From contig CAWDOD010000002.1 of the NCBI GenBank assembly GCA_963803805.1, positions 416,001 through 480,000 of the forward strand: a stretch of DNA of 64,000 nucleotides. The letters run 5' to 3'. The notes below the pieces were generated by a model. The model was given only the letters and a program-made list of their open reading frames with translations, had not been told where the DNA came from and searched no databases. A program made the position numbers and the translations under genes. Below, in pieces: positions 1 through 10,186 of the stretch (positions within the stretch are counted from its first letter, which is position 1; each line of letters begins with the position of its first letter). The stretch comes from an uncultured cyanobacterium (GTDB taxonomy: Bacteria; Cyanobacteriota; Cyanobacteriia; Cyanobacteriales; CAWCAG01).

Positions 1-390
1 GTTGGCAAATCTTTAGGGGCAAAAGGAGAAGATATTGAAGCCTTAATACATATAAAGAAAGCAGGAAAAGAAATTTGGTATAACCCCAAAATGGCAATAT
101 TTCATCAAATACCTAAAACTCGATTTGACAGAGAATATCTCAAGCAATTTTTCCGAGGCATTGGCTTAGGGCGCTATTATCTGAGGATGTTAAGATATAA
201 GCCTTGGGAACGTCCTTTTATGATTTCTCTATACCTTATAAATGACTTGCGTAAACTGATATTTCACTTAATCAAGTATCGAAAAGTATTAGCTACAGAT
301 GTTGTTGCGTCGGGAGAAATGGAATTATATTTAAGTACCTTAATTAGTCCATTTTTAGCTTGGCAAAAAATAGCTTTTGCCAAAAAATAA
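1..390 (+). CDS. GT2 glycosyltransferase, HpsE-like C-terminal part (5'-truncated by window edge)
   Basis: Frame is open from base 1 (VGKSLGAKGEDIEALIHIKKAGKEIWYNP...). The GED and WYNP motifs and the GIGLGRYYLRM...NDLRK...LISPF tail resemble cyanobacterial HpsE-type GT2 enzymes. Confidence 0.65.
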   Translation, partial: VGKSLGAKGEDIEALIHIKKAGKEIWYNPKMAIFHQIPKTRFDREYLKQFFRGIGLGRYYLRMLRYKPWERPFMISLYLINDLRKLIFHLIKYRKVLATDVVASGEMELYLSTLISPFLAWQKIAFAKK

Positions 391-441
391 GGATGTTTTG
401 AAAATGAGAAAACTTAACGATTTATAATTTTGATTATAAAT

Positions 442-670
442 ATTCAGATTTGGGTAGATTTAAGTAACCAAGGAAAACGAGTCGGCATTGTGGATGTACC
501 TAGAGCGTCTCTAACCAAAAACATCAGATGCGATCGCCAGAAGTTATCCAGAAAGTTTAGCTCAAAAGATAATTGAGACTTTTGGTAATGATGAAATGAG
601 AGAAAGACCAGAATTATACCTCAAAAATCATAGTTATCAAGCTTTCATTGAGTTATTGAAAAAAGGGTAT
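442..670 (+). pseudogene. Possible eroded fragment of an alkaline phosphatase/nucleotide pyrophosphatase-family gene
   Basis: WVDLSNQGKRVGIVDVP in one frame, then SYPESLAQKIIETFG in another. The frame switch lies near the HIP1 site at 530-537. No intact ORF. Confidence 0.3.
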
Positions 671-853
671 ATTGTTTTGCATTGTTGTTGCTAGCAGGTA
701 AAAATATCTTTCCCATACCTCAGACATCCTCTTAAACAAGCGTAGTCAATTTTTTCGATAATCCATGGTAGCAATCGTCACCGTCTATTTGAAGAGGCTG
801 AGAGTTTTATTGCTGTTTTTTAATTTATTCCTCCCTTACTACCAAAATAACCA

Positions 854-1810
854 ATGGAATCAGAAGCAATCTTAGTTAGCATAGTTATTAATAACTATAA
901 TTACGCCCAGTTTTTGCCAGAAGCAATAGAAAGTGCTTTAGCTCAAACCTATTCTCATACTGAAATTATCGTAGTTGATGATGGTTCTACTGATAACTCA
1001 AGAGAAATTATTCGTAATTACAAAGAAAAAGTTATCCCTGTATTAAAAGAAAATGGGGGACAAGCTTCAGCATTTAATGCCGGATTTGCAGCTAGTCAAG
1101 GGGAAATAATTTGCTTTCTTGATGCTGATGATTACTACTTACCAAATAAAATCAGTCAAATTGTTGAAATTCTTGAAAAATACCCAAACGCTGGTTGGAT
1201 TTTTCATAACTTAGAAGAGGTAGATATTCAAGGAAATTTTTTGAAAGTAAACAAGAACCGTTGTCTTGCTAATTTTGAATACGTTGAGCTGCAAGAAATC
1301 ATGTTGAAAGGAAACTTGTTAAAATATTGGTTTCCGGCAACTAGTGGTCTATGTTTTAAAAGCAATATCCTTAAGGATGTTTTACCAATGCCAGAACAAT
1401 TCTTGATTTCAAGTGATTCTTTTTTAAGATTAGTAACAATATATTTATCACCAGGAATACTTTCTCCAGAAAAATTTGCTACCCATCGCAGTCATGGTAA
1501 TAATCTTTATGCCTTTAGGAAGAATATGGGTGCTGAGAGGTCTAAACTATATATTAAAGTCGCATATCATCTCAGAAATAAATTTCCAGAAACTCGAAGA
1601 TTTACAGATAGCCTCTTAGCTAATTCTTTGGTACAACTAATTAATTATAGTAGCTTCAATGAAGCTGTTGATTTTCCAGAGTATCAAGATTATCTGAAAT
1701 ATGAACCCAAGTTAATTTCTCGCCTTAGATTAATAATTAAAGTGATTTCAACTTATACAAAAATTAAAGGAAGACAAGTTTTAAATACCAAATTCTTAAA
1801 AAGAACGTAA
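854..1810 (+). CDS. Glycosyltransferase family 2
   Basis: VSIVINNYNY...VVDDGSTD...NGGQASAFNAG...FLDADD GT-A motifs. Confidence 0.92.
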   Translation: MESEAILVSIVINNYNYAQFLPEAIESALAQTYSHTEIIVVDDGSTDNSREIIRNYKEKVIPVLKENGGQASAFNAGFAASQGEIICFLDADDYYLPNKISQIVEILEKYPNAGWIFHNLEEVDIQGNFLKVNKNRCLANFEYVELQEIMLKGNLLKYWFPATSGLCFKSNILKDVLPMPEQFLISSDSFLRLVTIYLSPGILSPEKFATHRSHGNNLYAFRKNMGAERSKLYIKVAYHLRNKFPETRRFTDSLLANSLVQLINYSSFNEAVDFPEYQDYLKYEPKLISRLRLIIKVISTYTKIKGRQVLNTKFLKRT

Positions 1811-1861
1811 TATTAAGTTAATTAACTATTTTATTTAATTGTATATGTATCAAAAATAACT

Positions 1862-2824
1862 ATGATTAAAACTGATTCTATTCGACAATCTGTGAGAAAT
1901 AGTTTGCCCAATTTTGCTCAATATTTAGTTAACAATGATTACTTAGAAGCGAATTTTTTCTATCCTAAATATCAAAAATATTTGGCAAAATTCCAAAAGG
2001 AATTACTATCACCTACCGCACAAAACCGGGGCATTATTGAAACTTTAAGACAACAGGGAATCTATACAACAACCTTAGAATCTCTAGAAATACCGAACAC
2101 TCAAGAATTTATCGAAGCCGTTAATAGTTTGATGGTAGAGCTGACAGAAATTTCGGCACGAAGAACTACTAAGTTTGCTTTTGAGTCTAATTTTGAACAG
2201 CTACTCAAGTATCGACAAATATTTAACTGGGGACTTGAAGATAGGATAATTAATATTGTCTCTAATTATTTAGGTACTCCCATTGCTTACGATACTTTCA
2301 TGGCACATTTAAGTATTAACAATGGCAAGGAAACCGCAACAAGACGTTGGCATTTAGATAACGAAGACAGAAAAGTGATTAAAATAATTATCTACTTCAA
2401 TGATGTAGATGAAGAAGGAGGGCCATTTCAATATATGCACCCTGAAATTAGTGTATCTTTACTAGAAAAAATCAAAGATAAATATAAGTTTTTTCACCAT
2501 CAAGAAATTGAAAAACTTATACTTAATCATGGGAAAGACTGGTTGACAACCTATACTGGAAAAACTGGAACTGTAATAATTGTTGATACTGCTCACTCCT
2601 ATCATCGTGGTAAACCTCCTACTAAATCTCCCCGGCGTGCAGTTAGTTTCGGCTACTTAAGTCGTCGCCCCCATCAACCTTTTCGGGCAGGAAGAAATCT
2701 TTTATCCAAAGATGAATTATCTAGCTTAGCGGCAGAACTTCCCTTAGAAAAACAGGCTTGTGTTTATTGGCAAGATTCACTTCCAACCCTAGCTAGGTTG
2801 ATTCCCAAGTATTCATATTTTTAA
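1862..2824 (+). CDS. 2OG-Fe(II) oxygenase-like (PhyH-like) protein
   Basis: WHLD (HxD), IYFNDVDEEGGPF and distal HRG form a plausible facial triad. Confidence 0.75.
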   Translation: MIKTDSIRQSVRNSLPNFAQYLVNNDYLEANFFYPKYQKYLAKFQKELLSPTAQNRGIIETLRQQGIYTTTLESLEIPNTQEFIEAVNSLMVELTEISARRTTKFAFESNFEQLLKYRQIFNWGLEDRIINIVSNYLGTPIAYDTFMAHLSINNGKETATRRWHLDNEDRKVIKIIIYFNDVDEEGGPFQYMHPEISVSLLEKIKDKYKFFHHQEIEKLILNHGKDWLTTYTGKTGTVIIVDTAHSYHRGKPPTKSPRRAVSFGYLSRRPHQPFRAGRNLLSKDELSSLAAELPLEKQACVYWQDSLPTLARLIPKYSYF

Positions 2825-2848
2825 ACATTTGTAAGAAGGAGTATAACA

Positions 2849-3361
2849 ATGTCTCTTATTCGTGATTTAGCAACTTCAGTTTTTTCCTATATGTATGCTC
2901 GTAGCCTGAAAAAGCAACATCTATATAAATCGAAAAAAGACCAAATCAGAAATGATGTTGTTCATTTTGAAATTACCGAAAATGTGGGCTTAGAAGTTTA
3001 TTGGAAAATTCTCAAAGTTGCAGAGGGGCCTTCCTTAATATTTTATGCTCTTGGCTATGAAATTCTTAGATTTGATACTTACATTGGTGGACAGGCTCAT
3101 TGTCATATTCAGCTTGTAGAATGTCAAAAGAAGTGCAAATCACGCTTATTGTTACCAGAAAAAACAATTGAAGAACAAATTGAAAGAAGCGTCTTTGAAC
3201 TAAAAAATAATCTTTCTTATTGGCTGCAACGTCATCCTGATAGTCAAGTTCGTAGACTCAAAGTTGATAAAAGTAAACTGCAAATGGCGGCAGAACAAGC
3301 CAAGGAGAAAATGTTGGAATATACGGAAAAAATCAAAAATACGGTGCAAATAAATAACTAA
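2849..3361 (+). CDS. Hypothetical protein
   Basis: 170-aa ORF with AGGAG RBS, co-oriented in the cluster. EILRFD...AHCH motif; no function recognised. Confidence 0.7.
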   Translation: MSLIRDLATSVFSYMYARSLKKQHLYKSKKDQIRNDVVHFEITENVGLEVYWKILKVAEGPSLIFYALGYEILRFDTYIGGQAHCHIQLVECQKKCKSRLLLPEKTIEEQIERSVFELKNNLSYWLQRHPDSQVRRLKVDKSKLQMAAEQAKEKMLEYTEKIKNTVQINN

Positions 3362-3411
3362 TAATAGTTTTTATACTTGATATTTTGGTAACAATCTTTG
3401 CTTAACTAATT

Positions 3412-4506
3412 ATGGTTTCAATCACCCAACAATTAGAAAACTGGACACTACCTCATAGGTTATGGAAAACAGGCGCACCTCTTCCTACCCCACTGTTAGA
3501 AAGTGCCACAACAGTTATTAATAACCAACTTTATGTTTTTGGTGGCTTCACATTTAGATGGCAAGCCACCAAAGATGTATATGTCTATAATCTCGAAGCC
3601 GATCAATGGACAAAATTAGGGGAAATGCCTACTCCTGTAACCCATGTTAATGCAGCCCTTGATGAGTCGCGGGTGTGGTTTGCTGGGGGTTTTGTAGGCA
3701 ACCATCCTGGTGCGACAACGGCACAAGTTTGGCAATATGAGAGCAAGGACAATTCCTGGACAGAAGGTATTCCTCTACCGCAACCTCGTGCCGGTGGTGG
3801 TTTTCAGATTGTTAATAATGAATTTCATTACTTTGGTGGCTTTGCAACAGACAGAGATACCACCTGTGGAGAACATTGGGCGCTGCCATTGGAAGGGGGA
3901 ACAGAGTGGGTAGAAAAAGCACCTCTACCAAATCCACGAGGTCATGTTTCTAGTATTACTATTGGTGGAAAAATCTATGGTATTGGGGGTCAACATCGCC
4001 ATGATAATAATCCCATTGATCTTAATTCAGTTCATGTTTATGACTCTGCAAAAGATAGTTGGTTAGAATTAGCTAGTTTACCTGAACCGAGATCGCATTT
4101 TGAGCCATCCACTTTTGCCCTAGATGATTACATCATTATTATTGGTGGGCGTAATAATCAAAATCACCATTTATTGAGTGAAAAGATAACAGATATATTT
4201 GATCATAAAAATGACAAATTAATTGATGATTTTCCTCTACAAGTTTTTCTGGCGTTAAAGCATTCAATTAAGGGTTCCAAGTATTATACAGATTTACTTC
4301 CTAAAATTACCGTCTATGACATAAAGCGAGATATTTGGACTGAACCAGCCTCCTTACCAACTAATCTTTATGCTTGTGTTGCCAATGTTATTAGCAACTG
4401 GTTAATCATTACTGGAGGGGGTAGAAATAGACACAGGAATGCCCAAAGTAGAACTTTACTTAATCAAAGTTTGCTAGATGTTATTAAGAGTAATCCAGTT
4501 AATTAA
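3412..4506 (+). CDS. Kelch-repeat beta-propeller protein
   Basis: Repeated YVFGG/WFAGG/HYFGG/YGIGG/IIIGG motifs, each followed by Y...W and LPxPR. Confidence 0.9.
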   Translation: MVSITQQLENWTLPHRLWKTGAPLPTPLLESATTVINNQLYVFGGFTFRWQATKDVYVYNLEADQWTKLGEMPTPVTHVNAALDESRVWFAGGFVGNHPGATTAQVWQYESKDNSWTEGIPLPQPRAGGGFQIVNNEFHYFGGFATDRDTTCGEHWALPLEGGTEWVEKAPLPNPRGHVSSITIGGKIYGIGGQHRHDNNPIDLNSVHVYDSAKDSWLELASLPEPRSHFEPSTFALDDYIIIIGGRNNQNHHLLSEKITDIFDHKNDKLIDDFPLQVFLALKHSIKGSKYYTDLLPKITVYDIKRDIWTEPASLPTNLYACVANVISNWLIITGGGRNRHRNAQSRTLLNQSLLDVIKSNPVN

Positions 4507-4638
4507 GTATCCAAAATGTCTAATTTTTAGCTTAGTCTTACGACAAGGCTAACGCCTATAGCTGTGAGCAAAAAATTGTCAACTACTATGAATTAAAAGA
4601 AAAGTTTCAAGGTTCTGTATGGAGCAGTTTTTTTACTA

Positions 4639-5694
4639 ATGATTAAGAAACGCATCAAAAGTTTCCTCAAATCAATAGGTGATTTAGGGAAAAAACCACC
4701 TAAACAAAGCGATGAATTAATCGCTCAAATTAATCAAACAACGATGGAATATACAACTCTAGGTCGAACTGGACTTAGGGTAAGTGTAATGGGTTTAGGC
4801 ACTGGGGGGTATAGCAAAATTGGTCAAAATACAGGTAAAAGTCAAATAGAATCTCTGTACCTTGTCCGTACAGCATTTGATTTTGGCATTAACTTTTTTG
4901 ATACGGCTGAAGGTTATAATACTGAACCAATTATTGGCAAAGCCCTTAAGCAAATTAAGCGAGAAGATGTAGTTTTATCTACCAAGAAAAAAATGCGTCC
5001 TCAAGGGCGCTTAATTACGGGTAAAGAATTAGTGAGAGGATTAGAAAAAAGCCTCAGAAAACTTCAAACTGATTATGTAGATATTTATAATTTGCATGGC
5101 GTAACAATAGATGAATACGACTATGTTTTAACCGAACTTATGCCAGTGTTATTAAAAATGCGTGATGCCGGTAAAATTCGCTTTGTTGGCATCACAGAAG
5201 CATTTACAAAAGACCCAAACCACAGAATGTTACAGCGTGCTATTGAAGATGATTATTGGGATACTATTATGGTAGGTTTTAACATTCTCAACCAATCTGC
5301 CCAAACCCTAGTAATTCCCCAAGCTGCTGCCAAAAATATAGGTGTAGTTGCAATGTTTGCTGTTAGACGAGCATTAAAGAATAAAAACAAATTAAAAAAA
5401 GCCATAGTAAAGTTAAAGCAGATGGGATACTCTGAGTTAGAGACTTTAAATACCGAACATCCCTTAGATTTTCTTTTTTATGAAGGTGGGGCTAAGAATA
5501 TTACAGATGCAGCTTATCGCTTTTGTCGCCATCAATCAGGAGTTGATGTAGTATTGTTTGGTACGGGAAATGTTGAGCATCTTGCAGCTAATGTTACTTC
5601 TTTATTGCGTCCTCCACTACCTGATGCAAATTCGTTGAGACTAAAAGAATTGTTTGCCCGTGTCAATAATTTTACAGGAAGTGAAAAGCTATGA
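4639..5694 (+). CDS. Aldo/keto reductase
   Basis: LGRTGLRVSVMGLG, GINFFDTAEGY, STK, SLRKLQTDYVDIYNLH. An alternative start is possible at MEYTTLG. Confidence 0.9.
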   Translation: MIKKRIKSFLKSIGDLGKKPPKQSDELIAQINQTTMEYTTLGRTGLRVSVMGLGTGGYSKIGQNTGKSQIESLYLVRTAFDFGINFFDTAEGYNTEPIIGKALKQIKREDVVLSTKKKMRPQGRLITGKELVRGLEKSLRKLQTDYVDIYNLHGVTIDEYDYVLTELMPVLLKMRDAGKIRFVGITEAFTKDPNHRMLQRAIEDDYWDTIMVGFNILNQSAQTLVIPQAAAKNIGVVAMFAVRRALKNKNKLKKAIVKLKQMGYSELETLNTEHPLDFLFYEGGAKNITDAAYRFCRHQSGVDVVLFGTGNVEHLAANVTSLLRPPLPDANSLRLKELFARVNNFTGSEKL

Positions 5695-5720
5695 TATTAT
5701 CTTTTCTTGCTAAAAATTAA

Positions 5721-6905
5721 GTGATGAAACCAGCAGTAATTATTTATCGTGATCAACTAATTCCCTACTCAGAAACTTTTATCCCAGCACAGGTTGAGAA
5801 TCTATCAGAATACACAGGTTTTTATGTTGGTAGCACCTCTTTTCCTAGTGCCGCAGCAATGATTCCTCCTCAAAGAAGTATTGTCTTGGGTAATCTGGTT
5901 TCTGCCCCTGGAATCTGGAAAACTATCTACAAATTAACTGGCTTTCCCCATCCTAACTGGCTCAAAAGTTTACAAGATTTATCCCCCTCTTTAGTTCACG
6001 CTCACTTTGGTTTAGATGGGTTATTAGCTTTACCTTTAGCACAAAAATTAAGTATACCTTTAATAGTTACTTTTCACGGCTACTATGCAACAGCAAGAAT
6101 AGAAGAAGAACCAGGAAAGAATTTATTTTCCTATACCTCAGATTATTTTAATAGGCGTGGTCAATTTTTTCGAGAATTATACAGTAGAAATCGCCACCGT
6201 CTCTTTACAGAAGCTAGTTATTTTATTGCTGTCTCTGATTTTATTCGAGGTAAATTAATTGAAAAGGGTTGTCCAGAGTCTAAAATAAGGGTTCATTATA
6301 TTGGCATTGATACAGACAAATTTATACCTAATCCCCATCTTAAAAAAGAACCAATTATTTTGTTTGTGGGGCGTTTTGTAGAAAAGAAAGGATGCGAGTA
6401 TTTAATAAGAGCGATCGCACAAATTCAAACTAGCTTTCCTAACATTGAATTAGTTTTAATCGGTGATGGGCCATTGCGTCTGGAGTTAGAAGAGTTAGCT
6501 AAAAAATCACTTCGTCGCTACCGTTTTTTAGGAGTACAACCATCAAAAAAGGTTCAAGAATGGATGGCGCGATCGCTCCTTTTATGCGCCCCTAGTGTCA
6601 CCACTTCCAAAGGAGAAACTGAAGGGCTACCAATTGTCATCTTAGAGGCCATGGCCATGGGTTTACCTGTAGTTAGTTCTTTTCACGCAGGCATCCCCGA
6701 AGCAGTAATTTCTGGGGAAACGGGATTTTTAACCCCAGAAAGAGATTGGCCAGGAATCGCCCAAAATATATCTACCTTACTTCAAAATAAACAACTGAGA
6801 GAAGATTTTGCCTCTGGTGGACGCAAGTTAGCAACAAACAAATTTAACCTCCAGTCTAATAGTAGGCAGTTAGCAGAAATATACAATGAAGTTGTTGCTA
6901 AATAG
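5721..6905 (+). CDS. Glycosyltransferase family 4 (WcaL/AmsK-like)
   Basis: SETFI, HAHFG, VTFHG, GRFVEKKG, EGLPIVILEAMA, HAGIPE. Confidence 0.92.
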   Translation: MMKPAVIIYRDQLIPYSETFIPAQVENLSEYTGFYVGSTSFPSAAAMIPPQRSIVLGNLVSAPGIWKTIYKLTGFPHPNWLKSLQDLSPSLVHAHFGLDGLLALPLAQKLSIPLIVTFHGYYATARIEEEPGKNLFSYTSDYFNRRGQFFRELYSRNRHRLFTEASYFIAVSDFIRGKLIEKGCPESKIRVHYIGIDTDKFIPNPHLKKEPIILFVGRFVEKKGCEYLIRAIAQIQTSFPNIELVLIGDGPLRLELEELAKKSLRRYRFLGVQPSKKVQEWMARSLLLCAPSVTTSKGETEGLPIVILEAMAMGLPVVSSFHAGIPEAVISGETGFLTPERDWPGIAQNISTLLQNKQLREDFASGGRKLATNKFNLQSNSRQLAEIYNEVVAK

Positions 6906-6956
6906 CAAAGATAACTTACCCAAAAGGTACTTTAGAACTATTACTTTTAGGAAAAA

Positions 6957-6989
6957 GTAGGGTGTCGTTAGCCGTAGGCGTAACGCACC
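6957..6989 (+). repeat. GTAG-type REP-like palindrome
   Basis: GTAG followed by the imperfect hairpin GGTGTCGTTA-GCCGTAGGCG-TAACGCACC, just 3' of the GT4 gene. Confidence 0.55.
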
Positions 6990-7084
6990 GCAAGGAGTCA
7001 TACTAAATCCTCTTGGTAGAGATGGCATTTATTTTAGTGTTAATTACGGCTTTTGAGGCTCACAACCCCAGATAATTCAGGCTT

Positions 7085-7258
7085 TTAAAGCCTGACATAC
7101 TTAAGAGCAGCACTCATAATCGCTAAACTACTCAAACGAATATCAGCATCACTTGAAGAAAAACCATAACTACGGACAGGTACACATAAAGATATTAAAG
7201 CGATCGCAGCAAATAAACTTAAAACCCTTTTCCAAGATAGTTGCATTGGTAGTTGCAT
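7085..7258 (-). CDS. Possible small exported protein (57 aa) or gene fragment
   Basis: Translated by hand: MQLPMQLSWKRVLSLFAAIALISLCVPVRSYG... with a signal-peptide-like N-terminus and a G-rich RBS. Absent from the ORF track. Confidence 0.35.
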   Translation of the reverse strand: MQLPMQLSWKRVLSLFAAIALISLCVPVRSYGFSSSDADIRLSSLAIMSAALKYVRL

Positions 7259-7408
7259 AATTTCCCCATAAAATAAGCTGATTTAGTTCATTTTCCAGGG
7301 AAGCTGTAGACTTTTACGTCTATTTTTCGTATAACTTTCGTCTACGTAGCAATGTTGCTAATTGCTAGTAGCTAGCGGCTAGTTGCTACTAGTCTGTCAT
7401 AATTAATT

Positions 7409-7591
7409 TTGTTTACCTCTGCTTTAGCAAAAATTGAGGGGTTTGATGTTTGTTTGCTGGACTGTTCCCCTAGTTTGAGCATTTCTTCTGTGCAAGCAAT
7501 TTTAAGCTGCGATCGCATACTAATCCCCGTCATTTGTGAACCCGCCGTACTCAAAAGACTCTCAGAAGCAGTACAACTAATCAGAGAAGTA
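7409..7591 (+). pseudogene. ParA/Soj ATPase internal fragment
   Basis: FDVCLLDCSPSLSISSVQAILSCDRILIPVICE matches the ParA Walker B/DxPPSL region. No Walker A and no native start. Confidence 0.65.
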
Positions 7592-8424
7592 TTAGCGCAT
7601 AGCCAAGGACATCTTACGACTAGGTGGCTTATAGGTGCGATTTAATTCTTGTAAATCTTCTTGGGTCAACCTAATATCTAGAGCAGAGCAGTTTTCTTTT
7701 ATATGATTGGGATTAGTTGCTTTGGGAATAGAAATAACATTGTCTTGATGTAGTAACCAAGCTAAGGCAATTTGGGTGGATGTAGCGTTATGTTTGGCTG
7801 CTATCTTGTTCAACTTAGCATCATTGATGAAGGCTCGTTGTTCGATAGGAGAATAGGCCATAATCGGAATACTTCTGTGTTTACACCAGGGTAATAAATC
7901 CCATTCGATACCGCGACGCATGAGATTATAAAGCACCTGATTAGTGACTATATCTTTTCCTCCAGGTAAAGATTCGGCTTCCTCCATATCCTCTAGATCA
8001 AAATTACTAACACCATAATCTAATATCTTCCCTGCTTGCTGGAGGTGCTGCAATCCCGATAGGGTTTCTGATAGAGGTATAGAGCCACGCCAGTGAAGTA
8101 AATACAAATCCAAATAATCTGTTTTCAATCTAGATAGAGAGCGATCGCAAGCTGCAATCAATCCCTGATAACTGGCATTGTAGGGATAAAACTTACTAAC
8201 CAAGTATACTTCGTCTCGGCGATCGCTAATGGCTTCGGCGACAATCTTTTCTGCACCACCTTCACCATACATTTCCGCCGTATCGATTAAAGTCATTCCC
8301 AAATCTATACCAAGCTTCAACCCATCTATCTCCGACTGCTTCTGGCTTGCTTTTTCCCCATACCCCACGTACCCTGTCCGAGTATGGGTACTTTTCTTCC
8401 TGATTTTAGCTGTAGTGTTTTCAT
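7592..8424 (-). CDS. Aldo/keto reductase (YeaE-like); 1-nt deletion near 5' end
   Basis: True start MKTLQLKSGRKVPILGQGTWGMG at 8424 joins the tracked ORF (IDTAEMYG, YLLHW, NQVLYNL, IPKA) through a homopolymer indel at about 8351-8360. Confidence 0.85.
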
Positions 8425-8532
8425 TGTTTACTTAACTGATTGTCTAGTTTATTTTATTAAGCTATTAGTTCCATGAGCATTTCCGGATTCCGATGTGGTT
8501 CTATGATAGTTGTCAGGTTGACCATCTTTGAT

Positions 8533-8690
8533 GGGAGCATCTCAGTTTTGCAGAAATAGTTTGTCTGTGAAATTAGCTATTAGCTATTAGCTGTTAGCTG
8601 TTAGCTTTAAGAATACATTTCTTGCTGCTTCAGTGAAGCTAATATCAAGTTGACGGCTAAAGCCTGTATTTACCAATTTGAGATGCTCCC
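8533..8690. mobile_element. MITE family A, copy 1 (158 bp)
   Basis: 12-bp TIR GGGAGCATCTCA/TGAGATGCTCCC and internal TTAGCTR heptamer repeats. Near-identical inverted copy at 26519-26669. Confidence 0.9.
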
Positions 8691-8938
8691 GTTTAAATGC
8701 ACATCAGCTTACCAATTTTATTTTACTGAGCCAAAGCGATCGCATCCACTTTCTACGAGTATCTTTAAACAGCTTTTTTCCCTATCATTCATTTTAATAA
8801 TCTACAGAAAAAACACTTTATATTTTAAAAATATAGCGTCGAATTTTATTATTTATCTAGTCTTTACCTAAGACATACAAAGGTTTAGGCACTTTCTGTT
8901 CTTAGCAAATCTAGCAGTTTAATTGTTGCTTATTCCTA

Positions 8939-9121
8939 GTTTGCGGCCGTGAAGCAAAATGCCGAAAAACCCTAGTTTTTCGTTGCCACGGCCGACCCTA
9001 GACTGTGAAAGGATTTCAGCCTCTTTTACCTAACTTTGTTTGTCTCTGAATTGCTTTATTTTTACTCACGGCCGCAAACCGCTTCTAGACATCAGGCAGG
9101 ATAAGGCTTTAGAATTAGGGG
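8939..9121 (+). promoter_or_regulatory. CRISPR leader 1
   Basis: About 180 bp closely matching 21144-21324; both end in TTTAGAATTAGGGG immediately before the first repeat. Confidence 0.9.
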
Positions 9122-10186
9122 GTAACGACTTCCATTAGGAAGTAAAGGAGTTGAAACAGATTCTGAGTATTTATATCATAGGCTATACTATCTATAGTAA
9201 CGACTTCCATTAGGAAGTAAAGGAGTTGAAACAACATTGATTTCAATATTTACAAAAGTTGATTTCATTGTAACGACTTCCATTAGGAAGTAAAGGAGTT
9301 GAAACTGAGGATGGACGTTACAGGTGTCTACCCAAGTAATGTAACGACTTCCATTAGGAAGTAAAGGAGTTGAAACGCTAAAAGGCTATTTGCCTGGGTG
9401 AATCTTCCTCGTCAGTAACGACTTCCATTAGGAAGTAAAGGAGTTGAAACTCTTTAGCGGCGGCATCCACTCTGTTCATTGCTTCTTGTAACGACTTCCA
9501 TTAGGAAGTAAAGGAGTTGAAACAGCCAGGGCATAAGAATCGGCTTCATCGTTTTTATGTAACGACTTCCATTAGGAAGTAAAGGAGTTGAAACCATCAG
9601 GATAATCTTCATCTACACTGACCGATATAACCCGTAACGACTTCCATTAGGAAGTAAAGGAGTTGAAACAACAAATCCAACAATCGCGGGGGACTTCTGG
9701 GTTGTCGTACCGTAACGACTTCCATTAGGAAGTAAAGGAGTTGAAACTTAGTAGCTGCATACCAGTTATCTTTATAATTATATGTAACGACTTCCATTAG
9801 GAAGTAAAGGAGTTGAAACTTAAAAAGGGGAGATGTGATAACGAAAATTCCTAATGGTAACGACTTCCATTAGGAAGTAAAGGAGTTGAAACCCAAGGAT
9901 ACCCTCATCAAAGGGAGGCGATAGCAGAAAGTAACGACTTCCATTAGGAAGTAAAGGAGTTGAAACATGATCACTATGTACTGGGTATGCTCTGTTTTAG
10001 TCTGGTAACGACTTCCATTAGGAAGTAAAGGAGTTGAAACAATGGTGTTAAAACATTGCATAATCAAGTTTTCTGAGTAACGACTTCCATTAGGAAGTAA
10101 AGGAGTTGAAACGGCAAATCTCGTAACCTTGTTGCTCCAATTTCTTAACAGTAGCAACTTCCCTTCAGAAGCAACCAAATTTTCAA
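9122..10186 (+). CRISPR. CRISPR array 1: 14 identical 36-nt repeats plus a degenerate terminal repeat; 14 spacers of 35-42 nt
   Basis: Repeat GTAACGACTTCCATTAGGAAGTAAAGGAGTTGAAAC at 9122, 9197, 9270 ... 10077. Degenerate copy GTAGCAACTTCCCTTCAGAAGC from 10151. Leader position and 3' GAAAC give + orientation. Confidence 0.98.

Noticed and set aside
8650-8871. 73-aa ORF (likewise 26612-26815 and 55099-55296)
   Set aside because: Start within or overlap MITE sequence; no recognisable protein features.
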